Positions 1 to 12,100 of a stretch of 64,000 nt of DNA are shown piece by piece. The notes beneath the pieces are model-generated. The model was not told the origin of the DNA. It searched no databases and saw nothing but the letters and a program-made list of their open reading frames with translations. A program made the translations under genes and the position numbers. Position 1 is the first letter of the stretch. The number at the start of each line of letters is the position of its first letter. Source of the stretch: a virus; IMG/VR virus record IMGVR_UViG_3300022602_000028. One strand, written 5' to 3'.

Positions 1-345
1 AATAATAACCGGTGTTGTATTTTTTATATAAGTTCGATTGTTGTCTGTTATTTCTTGCAATGTTACAGAAAATAAATCTTTAAGATGTCCTAAAGTACCT
101 TGTATTTTAATAGTTGCAATAGCAGATTCTGCCATAATTATTGTTAAATTATTTTCTACAGCCCAGTTAGATACTAATTGCATGTTGTATTCAGTAGTGC
201 CAAATTGATATGCAAATTCCTCGTGACCTAAAATAGGATGAGTACCCGCTAATACAGCATCAGCATATTCCTTTAATGTCATTCCATTATCATGGATGTC
301 ATTATGCAAATATATGCTTAATTGAAATGTTTGATTGTAATCCAT
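1..345 (-). CDS. Sedolisin/kumamolisin (peptidase S53)-like protein, N-terminal pro-domain; runs off the left edge
   Basis: Not in the ORF track. ATG at 345, 1 nt after the stop of the 913-aa gene, open to position 1 (115 codons): MDYNQTFQLSIYLHNDIHDNGMTLKEYADAVLAGTHPILGHEEFAYQFGTTEYNMQLVSNWAVENNLTIIMAESAIATIKIQGTLGHLKDLFSVTLQEITDNNRTYIKNTTPVII. The pattern L..EEFA..FG......V..WA....L.........I...GT......LF...L......RTY matches pro-kumamolisin activation domains from memory. The catalytic domain is outside the window. Confidence 0.65.
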   Translation of the reverse strand, partial: MDYNQTFQLSIYLHNDIHDNGMTLKEYADAVLAGTHPILGHEEFAYQFGTTEYNMQLVSNWAVENNLTIIMAESAIATIKIQGTLGHLKDLFSVTLQEITDNNRTYIKNTTPVII

Positions 346-346
346 A

Positions 347-3088
347 TTAATTTTCTAATTTTAAATATGTTATGGTTACAGTTATAGTATTTGTACCACC
401 GCTGTTATTATAAATTTTCAAATACATATTTGTTCCAACAGTACCGTCATTATTAAATCCATACACTGCTGGAGTAAAATACGTCGTAGTTGCTATTGTT
501 GTAATTGCTTCGGCTACCACTCCGCTACCTGGAGTAGGGTCTGTTGTAATTGTCCTTGAGCTATCTGCAGACTGTGCTGAACTACTGGTATAAACTGTTA
601 CCCAAGCTCCTGCATTAACTTGAATACTGTATAGTGCATAACCTTTTGCCGCTGTTACTGTTGCCGTAGCACTTGTACCATTGGCTAAACTTGCTGTCGT
701 AGTTGATACAGTTGCTCTACTACTTAAGGCACCGCCAAGAGTTGGAGCAGCCGTAATTACTCCGTTATTAATAGTAATTGTAGAGCCGTCAATCTTAACT
801 CCACCTAATGTACTAGTTGATGCAGTAGGCAATGTGTAAGTCACTGCTCCGCTAATAATACCATTGTTAATAGTGATTGATGACCCGTCTACTTTAACAA
901 CACCTGCGATACTAGTACTTGCAACTGGAACACTTATAACTCCACCGCTAATAGTAATCGTAGTGTTATCAACTTTAACTCCACCCAATTGACTTGAAGT
1001 CGCTGTTGCAATTCCAATCGTACCGCTTGTATTTGTAATGCCACTAGTGCCAACTGCTGGTATAATCACTCCGCCTAGTGTAGTAGTAGTTGCGGCCGAT
1101 AACTGGGCGGCTGGAGTAAACTGAAACACGTTACCACTTAAACTTAAAGCTCCGCCTCCGCTAGCACTATTTGTAGTAACACTATAAGAAGGAACTGATG
1201 GAATTACTGGAGGAGTATAAGTGAAAACAGTTCCAAGTAAACTTACACTACCGTTTCCGCTTGGACTACTTGTCTGTACACTATAAGTAGGAACGCTAGC
1301 AGGAGTAAATGTAAATGTACTTCCACTTAAACTTAAACTGCCACCACCGCTGGCGCTATTTGTTTGTACAGTATATGTTGGAACAGTTGGTATTGCTGGG
1401 GGCGTATAACTGAATACATTTCCGCTTAAACTCAATCCCCCGTATCCACTTGGACTATTTGCTTGTACACTATAAGTAGGAATATTAGCAGGTGTAAATG
1501 TAAATGTAGTCCCATTTAAACTTAAACTACCGCCGCCAGATGAAGATAAACTATTTGATACTGTGTAACTAGGAACACTTGCCGGTGTAAATGTAAATAT
1601 ACCGTTACTATAACTAAGGCTTCCGCCACCGCTAGCAGGACTTCCGGTAACTATACTTAAACTAGTATTTTGAAGTGGTGTATATCCTAATGCAGAAATT
1701 ACCTGACTACCTGTAATGGTTGTTAGATAACTTGATAAGTTTGGAGGGGTAAATGTAAACACTCCATTTAAGTAACTTAGTGATCCACTACCGTTTGCAG
1801 ATTGAGTTGTTACGCTTAAACTATTAACGTTAAGATAATTTGATAAGTTAGGAGGTGTAAAAGTAAATGATCCTGCAGAATAACTTAATGAGCCGTTGCC
1901 GCTTGCAGTTACCGTTGACACACTAAGACTGTTAAGAGATATTGGAGTATAGCCCAATGCTGTTATTACTTGACCATTAGTTAACGATCCTCCGTAGACT
2001 CCTGTAATAGTACCAGCCGTGCCGCTGACATTTCCAGTTACATTTCCAGTTACATTTCCAATTAAGTTACCCGTAAACGAACTAGCAACTAAAGGAATAT
2101 TACTTGTAAAACTAGTATTTGATGCGGTATATAAAAAACTAGCAGGAGTTGCGGGCCCGTTTACAACTATTCCGCTGCCATCGCTAAGTGCGCTACTAGT
2201 ACTACCGTTACTAACAACAATAGTTTTATTAGCTACATTTAATGTGCTTGTACTTGTGCTAGTTGTTGATCCTGTTACTGTTAAATCTCCAGTAATTACT
2301 GTATTTCCAGTAACATTTAAGCCAGTTAATGTGCCAACTGTTTGCAAACTAGAATTTATTACTGTACTAGGCAATGTAGTTAAACTGCTAGCAATACTAA
2401 CCGCAGGAATTGTAATATTTGTCGTACCATCAAAATTAATTCCATTAATTGTTCTAGCAGTTTGTAATGCGGTAGCAGTTCCTGCATTACCGGTAATATT
2501 AGTAACTGTTGCCGGAGGAGTAAATGTAAATAATCCAGTAGAGCTGTTGTACGCTATATTACCGGCTCCGCTTGGAGTAACATTTATCACACTTAAATTA
2601 TTCAAACTAATAAATGATGATATGTTTGGCGGTGTATAAGTGAAAACACTTCCGCTCAAACTCAAACTTCCAGTGCCGCTAGCACTGTTGGTTGAAACAG
2701 TATATGTAGGTATCACTGGAGGAGTAAACGTAAATTGATTTGCAGAATAGCTTAATGCTCCGCTTCCGCTAGCAACACCAGTCCTCACTGACAAGCTATT
2801 AGAAGTCAAATAAACAGCTAAGTTTGGAGTATTTGTTAGTTTAGTATAACTTAGGCTAGTAATCCAAGCGGGATCAGCATAAGCCGATGTGGTAACAACA
2901 CCATTAGTAGCTACAAACGGTTGCCAAGTAACTACATTGCCGTCAGTTGTTAAATATTTTCCGCTATTTCCAATCAGTGATGGTATAGAAAGAGAATATA
3001 ACTCAGTAAAATTACTGTTTATTTTGGCAGCTCCCGATTTTAAACTATCGGCAGCTCCCGGTGTTGTATTAATTATTAATTGTGACAT
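347..3088 (-). CDS. Tail fibre / baseplate-attached fibre protein (913 aa)
   Basis: N-terminal DSLKSGAAKINSNFTELY motif typical of T4 gp9/gp10-like fibre anchors; many S.SG.G.LS(L/Y)SG..FT(Y/F)TP repeats; TARTINGINFDGT fibre motif; GV(K/I)(V/I)DG.TI.I..G.I repeats; last structural gene downstream of the baseplate genes. Confidence 0.75.
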   Translation of the reverse strand: MSQLIINTTPGAADSLKSGAAKINSNFTELYSLSIPSLIGNSGKYLTTDGNVVTWQPFVATNGVVTTSAYADPAWITSLSYTKLTNTPNLAVYLTSNSLSVRTGVASGSGALSYSANQFTFTPPVIPTYTVSTNSASGTGSLSLSGSVFTYTPPNISSFISLNNLSVINVTPSGAGNIAYNSSTGLFTFTPPATVTNITGNAGTATALQTARTINGINFDGTTNITIPAVSIASSLTTLPSTVINSSLQTVGTLTGLNVTGNTVITGDLTVTGSTTSTSTSTLNVANKTIVVSNGSTSSALSDGSGIVVNGPATPASFLYTASNTSFTSNIPLVASSFTGNLIGNVTGNVTGNVSGTAGTITGVYGGSLTNGQVITALGYTPISLNSLSVSTVTASGNGSLSYSAGSFTFTPPNLSNYLNVNSLSVTTQSANGSGSLSYLNGVFTFTPPNLSSYLTTITGSQVISALGYTPLQNTSLSIVTGSPASGGGSLSYSNGIFTFTPASVPSYTVSNSLSSSGGGSLSLNGTTFTFTPANIPTYSVQANSPSGYGGLSLSGNVFSYTPPAIPTVPTYTVQTNSASGGGSLSLSGSTFTFTPASVPTYSVQTSSPSGNGSVSLLGTVFTYTPPVIPSVPSYSVTTNSASGGGALSLSGNVFQFTPAAQLSAATTTTLGGVIIPAVGTSGITNTSGTIGIATATSSQLGGVKVDNTTITISGGVISVPVASTSIAGVVKVDGSSITINNGIISGAVTYTLPTASTSTLGGVKIDGSTITINNGVITAAPTLGGALSSRATVSTTTASLANGTSATATVTAAKGYALYSIQVNAGAWVTVYTSSSAQSADSSRTITTDPTPGSGVVAEAITTIATTTYFTPAVYGFNNDGTVGTNMYLKIYNNSGGTNTITVTITYLKLEN

Positions 3089-3107
3089 TTTTTATGTTTT
3101 TCCTTTG

Positions 3108-6100
3108 TTACCACTGATCTGTATTATCATCGAATCCAGCACTACTATTATCAAACGATCCAGTAAACGTTGTACTAGTTGTTAATCCAACCTTGTCGCT
3201 ATACCAAATACCCGGAGTTGCTTTTAAGAAAGTAGCAATGTTATTATTGTCATACTGAATATTTAACGAACTATCCCAACTTATGCCTTTTCGTCTTACC
3301 ACAGTAATTTGAGTGCCGGCAGGTATTAAATTTGTTAATCGTAAACTTGAATTAACTCCATCTACTGCAAATTCGGCATCTAACTGCACATCCCCAGCTG
3401 GGCTATAAGGTGCAATAGTTTCATTATGAACTTTGTACGGTTTCTTTTTAAGTCTTAAATTTCCGATAAAGAATTGCCAGTTGGCGCTATCTGCCAAGAA
3501 ATTAGTTGAACTAGTATGTGATGTAATGCATCTGTAATTATAAGACGCTACTTTAATTATAATTCCAACTGTATATTCTACATTTGGCATCCAGTCAATT
3601 GCATCATTATAACCTGCGATGAATACTTCAAGCTGGTCGCTCTGACCATACCCGGTAGGTATTGTGCTTGTGAATCCAGTTGAATAAGTCCATATTTCAT
3701 TTGATTTTTCAGGAACGAATGGTAAAGAAACTATATTAGTTCCATCACTAATTATAGTTGTTATTGTAGAAGACTCAGAATAAGGCAGTGTTTCTGATGG
3801 ACCAATATCTTGCACAGGTGTACCTATTGGATGGACTTGAGGCGTTCCAGTTCCTTGTGTACCGCGGCGCAATTGACTCAATGTGTTTCCATCAATTTGA
3901 TAAAACTCAATACGTTCTCCGTAAATTTCAACCACTCCGGGTTTTTGTAAGGCCGTGTTAGGTTTATCAAAATTACTAGCATCGATTACTTGGATTACTA
4001 CATCATTATAATGTAAATCATTAGCTAGCTGTGTTTGTTTATTTTTGCTTAATCTCTTAAAATGAACTCTATTAAGCATATCTTTAAATTGCATATAAGA
4101 AATGCCAGGAGTCAACACATTACTACTGAATGTCATTAAAGAAAATACATCATTAAGAGCTGGTGTTTGAGCCAACCATACATATTTTTTATCGTCTGAT
4201 ATTTTATAATCTAACGAAGGAGTCAATAATGTATTATTATGTGTTATCCATACATACGAATCATTAAGCACTGTTCTATCTAACGGTAATATTCCAGCAC
4301 CAAGGCCCGTGTAATTAAAATATGTTACTGAATTTTGTATGTAAGATATATCAGTTGTAATGTTAAATGCAGTTCTTTGAACATCTAAAATATCATGATT
4401 GTAAAAGCTAATTACTTCTACAACATTTGAAGAATTATAAACATTACTAAAAGATATTTGTTGTGTATTAGGCAAATATGCATAACCATTATTTTGTATA
4501 ATGCTAATAGATAAAATTTGGCCTTGATATAAATTATAATTTTGTTTAGTTATAGTTACAGTTATGCCGCCTAAATTGATTGTATAATCAGTTCCTAGAT
4601 TCAATTTAACTCCAGAAACATATACTAATATATTATCAATAGTAATACTATAAGGAATCGCTCTATCTTCATCTACAGTATAACTAAGTTCATTATTGGC
4701 AATAGTATAATACTGATTTATCGGACTAGACAATATAGTTTGATCTACTCTTACAATCATATTAGATTCTGCTGGAAGTACATTTCCGACTGGATAAAAT
4801 AAATTGTATACTCGATTAACTCCATCTGTTGGAATCTTTTCAGTCTTAGCAATACTGAATGTTTGTTGTGTGCCGCTGACAATTACATAATTTATTACAG
4901 AACCTACAGCAGGAGCAATACCAAATCGTATACCAGTTCGATTTGAAGCCGCATAGGTTGAATCTGTTTTGAATAATTCAATAACTGATGCAACACCGTC
5001 AACATAAACTAAACTTGTTTCATAAGTAGTCCAAGGCGCTTTTGTTAAAAATTCAGTAGTTGATCCATCACCTACAAAAGAATCGATATCTAAAATATTA
5101 GAACCATTAAATCCAAAACTGAATATACTAACTATATTTCCAGCTATTGGAGCAACGTTAAATTTAATCTGTTTATTTTTGTAATCGACTGTATAATCTG
5201 TGTTATATGTAACTATAGAATCGTTATTTTTAACTATAAGAGCTCTGGAATTGTTAATGGGCTGTGTTATATCAAATAGCACAGTATTGCCATCTGCAAT
5301 ATATTTGTCTACTTTTATATTTGCACTACCCGAGTTAGGCTGGTCAAACACTTTAATAGCCAGTGTATCCACTATTTGGCCTGGAACTACTTCTTCAGGT
5401 GCTGGGCTAGTTGTAGGACTAATTAAATCATCACCATCTACAATAATATCTTCAGGTGCCAGACCAGTTGCAGTCGTATAACCCATATCACCACCAGACA
5501 ACGCTGTATCATAATCCTGATCTAATGGCTTAACTGATCCGTCGCTAGTGCTTTGTCTTAAAATAAATCTATCGCCATCTGTTACAATAACTGTATTTGG
5601 TATCGTAATTACACTAGTAATACCATTCATCACTGGAGTACTCATTACTGCATTACTATTAGTTTGCAACATTGTACCGTAATTAGGGTCGTCAATTCTT
5701 ACAGGATCAAAGTAACTCTTAATGATAATATTTGTGCCAGCTGTTAACGGGGCAGATAAAATAGCATTATAATTAGAAAAGATCGGTGATAACGATCTAG
5801 AAAATACTATAGACGAACTATTAAGTATAGTAACAAATGTTATTTGATTTAACGTAACTTCATTAGTTACTGAATTTATTGCAGTAACAACGGTATCTTG
5901 TCCAAACGCTGATACTGCCGACGTAGATACCGCATCACCAATCTGAATACCAGCTACACTAGATAGCGCTAGTATAGTAGATTTAGCCACATTTTTTGTA
6001 AAAGTTAATGTGCCGTTAGGTTGTGTATTTGGAACAATATTTAATTTTAAAGTGGTACTGTTAATTACCGATACCACTTGTTGCAATGGAACAAGTGTAA

Positions 6101-9100
6101 TAGAATCAGCAACAAATCCTGCGCCAATTACAGTCATTCCTGGAACGATGCCAACTGTGCTAGCTACAGTTAATGTTGTCGATGGAATATATGCACCTGC
6201 TGGAGGGTAGTAATTAGTCTGGATTGAGACGGATTGGTGTGCTATATTTGCACTAACTACTGGCAATACATCATACAAATTAAATGGATAACTTGTAGTA
6301 ACACCATCTGATGTGTAAGCATCAGTATTTAAAACTGAATGGTATACATTAATGTCAACTCCTGCTACTGGAGTATATGGTAATGTAAATGAATGTGTAT
6401 TGGCAGAAACTGTTACAATATAATCATTGAATGTAGGATCTGCGCTGTCCCATTTATCGCTATAGTACGGCAACGTTCCCCAGCCTGTAGCTACATCAAA
6501 CCCTAGCCCATTTACAATAACTCCTCCGTAATCAATTCCAGTCATCAATTGTGCAAAATCTGTACCTAACGATCCGTTACTTGATTTATAATAATATTTT
6601 ATTCTATCATTAGCATTTAGTAAAGATTCATCTTTAATATAATTTACAACAATTATAGATCCTGTAGCAGGAGCTGTTAAAAATGTTATTAATCCAGAAT
6701 ATTGTGTGTAACCATTAGTAGTGGTTGTTTTTACAGCTAATGTGTACGAATCTCTAAGAATTAGCACACCGTCAACTGTTACTGAAGAATTTCCAACTTT
6801 AATATCTGGTGCCCATGTTAGATTAAATTGTAATATTCCAGATCTGCCGGTAAATGTTTGACTTACATCTAACTGTGTAATATAATACGAATATGTAGTT
6901 CTATCAAATTTAATTTTAATTAAATTGCTTCTAACTACACTATTTCCAATAATTGCAATTGCAGTAGCTTGTTTACCACTTACTGATAATCCACCGCTTA
7001 GTGTTACAGTTGGAGCTGACAAATAACCTGAACCTGGTGTTAGTATTATAATTCGATTAACAACTCCGTTAGCAAAAAATGCACGGGCTGTTGCTCCGCT
7101 ACCTGAATCACTAGTAATAGTTACTACCGGTTCTGAAATATATCCAGTACCGCCGTCTACAATTTTAAGTTCAGTTATTGAAAATCCAACATTATCTAAC
7201 CAGTTTTTCCAAGGATAAGTTTGTATGTTAGCATCATCCGCTTGTATCTTACCATTGCTTACATAAGCATTGATAATTGTTTCCATGCCATCTTCATATA
7301 TTGGAGGAATATCAAAGTCAGTAACTAAAGTATGTTCGTAATCTGTTCCAGAAAATGCGCTGACATATTCTCTTACGGTACTACGATACGGTACTACCTC
7401 AGAAATATAATCTTGAAAATTACTTAAATTATCAGGTTTATAAGTTACCGGTTGATCTAATACTCCAAGATTATGTGTAGATTTAACAAAACTTGTTTTA
7501 AAGATCCAATCTAAATATAGTTGTTCGCTAAGTGCATATCGAACTGTGGTAAAGAACAAATCTAAATAATTTTGTTTTAAATCATCTATAAAAATATTAT
7601 TTTTCAATGTTTGTAGAATAATTCTTAATTCTACAGAAGGGTTATTATCGTATACAACATTATCATATATCGAACCGTCGTATCCAATATTTGTGTCGAT
7701 ACTTTCATAAAGAGTAGATTTTAATTGAATAGTTCCGTTTTGTAATCCAACAATTTTATAAGACTGTGTCCAATCTGTCGATGCAGAAGTTGCATATTTT
7801 TCTAATAGCACCCAGCCGCCTGAATTTGCATTTCTAATTTTAACAACTTGATTCACGGTTGTGTTAATAGAGTTCAATCCGTAATAATTGTCAACAGCAA
7901 AATCGATAGCCGAAAATTGATTAAACCCTGTTGCATACCAATCAGCGTATGCCCAGAAATTTCTAGTATCATAACTTTGTGTTCTAACTCTTGCCCAAGT
8001 GTTATCAACTGGATTATAAGAATATATACTCCAAAATCCTTCAGCTTGGCTATCACTTTCAACTAATACACTAAAATCCCTCACAGAAGCTGTTGTGTTA
8101 TTAGTATAACCTTCGCCGCTATTTAAAACAGATGCGCCGGTAATTTGGCCCGCTGAATTAATAGTAGATCTGACTACTGCGCCAACTCCTGAACCTGTTA
8201 TAGTAATATATGGAGCATACAAGTACCCTCGGCCGGCATTTATAATAGTAATGCCTATAATTTTACCATCTGCAATTACCGGAGTTCCTAATACTGGTCG
8301 AACATATCCGCCAGTGTTAATTAATGGAATTTCAACTTCAGATGTTTTAATCAAATCAAACAATCCAGTTATTACACTAGGTAGGGTTTCATAAGATTGT
8401 AAATTTGAAATATTTTTATTTTTTGTTATTTGATTTGCAGATAACACAATATTTGCATGGTCAACAAATTCTTTAAGAGCTTCAAATCTGTTTACAAACA
8501 TACTTTGTCTTGGTCTGTTTTCAACACCATATTTTAATTTAACAGGAAGTGTTGAGTCTGGAACATCACGTCCAACTGAATCTTTTCCGCAAAGACTATC
8601 GATCCATTTTTGCTCAATTAACTTAGGAAGTGTTGTTATAGGATCGTTGCTTATTAATTTAAATTGTTGATGAATATTTTGATCTGTTTTATCTATTAAC
8701 CAGTATTCTACTGATAAGACAACATCACTGTTATTCAAATTATTTGATACATTAATTAAACTAAAACTATTAGTACCAGTTAATGCCAAATAAGGATAGT
8801 TGTATCCTCTTGGATTTGAAATAAGTGTAGACACATCGGACGCTGAAATATTTCGACCTGAAACATTTGGAATCGTAGTTTTGTTTTTAACCCAGAAATA
8901 ATAAGTATATCTTGTTGTTTGACTTAGTGTGTCATAACGAGATCTCTTACTATAAACGTTATTGCCATATAAACTTGTTCCGCTAATATTTGCGGCTAAT
9001 CCAGCAACTGTTCCAGATTGTTGATCCCATACAGCAGGCAATACTGAAGACTCAACCCATTCGTAAATGTCAATGCTTGCACCAGTTGCTAGTGTATTCC

Positions 9101-12100
9101 AACTGCTATTTCTATAAATTACATCATTGTCATACGCATCTATGAATTTAGCTGTACTTAAATTCCACCATAACATACCTACTTTAGATTTAGTCCAGGC
9201 TTGTTGACTGTCTGTCACTACGGTAAATGTGCCAGTCGAATCAGAATAAATTGCAGGATCATAAAATGTTTTAAATTTTATTTCTTCATCTGCAAGGCCT
9301 GCAATTTTCCCCTGAGCAACATCAATAATATCTAAGTATTGTATTAAAGTTCCTAATTTTTTATTATATAAGAATGCTTTTTTAATTTTGTTAGGATTAG
9401 GTTTGTCTACTTCGTAGTGTAATACATTCCAACTATAAGAATTTAAATTTTTAGAATAATCATAAATTTTTCCAGACTTAAATCCAGAATCTAAACTGTA
9501 AGGTGCACCTACTAATATATGATTTGCACCTACAGCAAATCCAAGTCCATATCCGTCTGTTGTTTGACTGCTAGTTTGTAATGTTTCGCTGTACACCCAC
9601 TTGTTTGCATATCTATCATAAACATCAATTCGTCCGCTATTAGTATGCTGTGCGCTGAACGCGGTAGATTTTTTATCAAAGGTAGTTGTTATCGTATCAA
9701 AGGTAGTCAATTGACTAGTGTCTTCGTCTTGGCTATATACCACAATAGTATTTTCGCCGTTCATAAAACTTAAATTAGTTCCAAAATATCCAGAAGATTT
9801 AGCTGAATGATTTGTTAGACTTTGATAATAATTAAATTGATTATTACTAGAATTAAATTTATAAATTGTAACACTACCTTGATCAATTTTAGTTACCGTA
9901 GTAATTATATCTCCAATTGCTAGATAATTACCAGAATCTGTCAAAGTTAATGCTACTCCAAAAAATACGTCAGATCCTGTAATTATCTGTGTAGGAGTAA
10001 TAGTAGGCGTGCCTTTATAAACATAAACAGATCCGTAAGAATTGTTTGCTAATCCAGATGCTACTAATACAGTATTATCTGCACTGATATTAAATTTAGT
10101 TGCATACGCAGATGTTCCGGTAGGACTTAAATAAACATTAATCGAATCTAATACCCAACTAGTTGTAGTAAATGATATAATTCCTGAAGGAATTGATGTT
10201 GGCGCAAGACTTAATTCTAATAATGTAGAACTTAATACGCTAACTACATACTGATTAGTAAATCCAACACCTGACACTGTCATTCCAGCACGTATACCAA
10301 TAGTAGAAGTCAGACTTAATGTTGTTCCGGTCGATCCTACTGGATTATAAGGCGAAGACGCATTTATTACTGTAGCATAATTAAATCTTCTTATAACTCC
10401 GACATGTCCCGCTTGTGTTGTATATCCTGGTGCAGAAATATACATGGAATTTGTTCCAAATTTAATACTATTTCCAAAATGTTCAGTGTTCTGTGGCTCT
10501 GGACTAACAATATGATCAACTAAACTAAAAATATTATTGCCGTCTTTTTGGTACAGAGATACAAGACCTTGTTCACTAAATGCACTAGCAGTACCTGATG
10601 TATCCAATGGCACATAAGTTATTAATTTCCATTTAGTTAAATCGCTGGCCGGTGCTATTCCGGCAGAAGAATTTGCAATTGCTTGATAAAAGATTGGTGT
10701 ATAATTAGTATAAGATACCCTTACAATATCTCCTATTGTATAACTAGAAGATATATTCCATACTCCTTTAAATCTTGTCGGCACGTTGCCGGCTAAAGGA
10801 GATCCAACTGCTAACCATGATGCATCATCGCTTATTGCCAACACTGTTGATAAATTGCGAGCAATGTTTAGTCCAGATAAAGCAAGAGGTAACGAAATAG
10901 TTTGGCGTTCAATCCATGGGCTATCCTGGCCTGCCTTATCCCATATACGAATTTCTCCAGTATTCATAGCTGTAACAGCTATTTTACCGTTACCACTTAT
11001 TACTATATTTTTACCATAGTTTAAATTATCTATCGGGAATGTATTTGTAATTTCTGTTTGCGAGTATATTGGATTATAACTTAAAGTGGCCCATTTGCCG
11101 TTTGAATAATTTTCTACCCATACTTGTTGGTTAGCTGATAAATCATTATCAATAACATCGTCTAAATTGTCAGTAGTTTGTATTTTTTGACTTAAAAATC
11201 CATAAACTATCAGTTGTGCAGATTGTGTAAAAGGATTACTAATAGTTTTAATTAACGGTGCCGATACAGAGAACGAATTTAAATTAACTGATGTAATTTG
11301 ATAAAATCCAGCAATTGAAGCAACTTGGCTAATACCAACATATTGTCCAACTGTTAATGCTACTATATTTTCTGTAGTAAATGTTAATACCGAATTACTA
11401 AAAGATACCGATTGAATTTTTAAATTTAAATTTGTAAATTTATATACATTCCAAGAATTATTATCAAATGAAACTTGTATGTAACATCCGGCGTTGAACG
11501 TAGTTATATCGTATAATAATCCAGTGTCAGGATCAATACCTGTTATTTCTGATAACGTGCCTAAACTTTTGAACACTTCAGAATTTCTTACAAATCCGGC
11601 ACTATTTAAAAACGGTATATAGTTAGTAGTTAGCGGCCAAGGTGCCGAAGCATAACCTAACGGTTTTAAATAAATGTCGTTGGGAGTTTGTCTTATAACA
11701 AAATCGTTTACTAATGTATAAGGAATTGAATTTACTAATTCAAACGCTTGTGGATTTGTAAAAAATGCTGATTGATTTAAAACAAATTCAATATTTTCAA
11801 ATGCCTTACTTGCGCCATACTGCCCTACACGTATTGCCCATTCTTCATAGAACGTTAAACTTTCTTGGTTGTCTGCACTAAGTACGTCAAATAATTTATT
11901 CAAGACATTTCTAGTACCTTTTTCTCTTATCATTCCTTGATAAAATTTATATTCACTTACATCGTCTTGTATAATTGTATCAAGATATTGACGTTTTTGG
12001 TATCCAATTAAATGTTGGGCTACTTGTTGTTGTTTAGAATCAAAATTATCGCTGTCAAGACTATAAAAATCTGTAAACTGTCCAGCTTTGTACGTCCAAT

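Noticed and set aside
2029-2064. 12-bp repeat (acatttccagtt x2 plus a variant) in the fibre gene
   Set aside because: It encodes ordinary GNVT triple-beta fibre repeats; unremarkable.
2019-2639. 206-aa plus-strand ORF and the many other antisense ORFs in the track (e.g. 5200, 18734, 26837, 35981, 57357-62861)
   Set aside because: These are shadows of Thr/Ser/Gly-rich genes on the opposite strand, whose codon bias suppresses antisense stops; they lack SDs or promoters and show no protein motifs.
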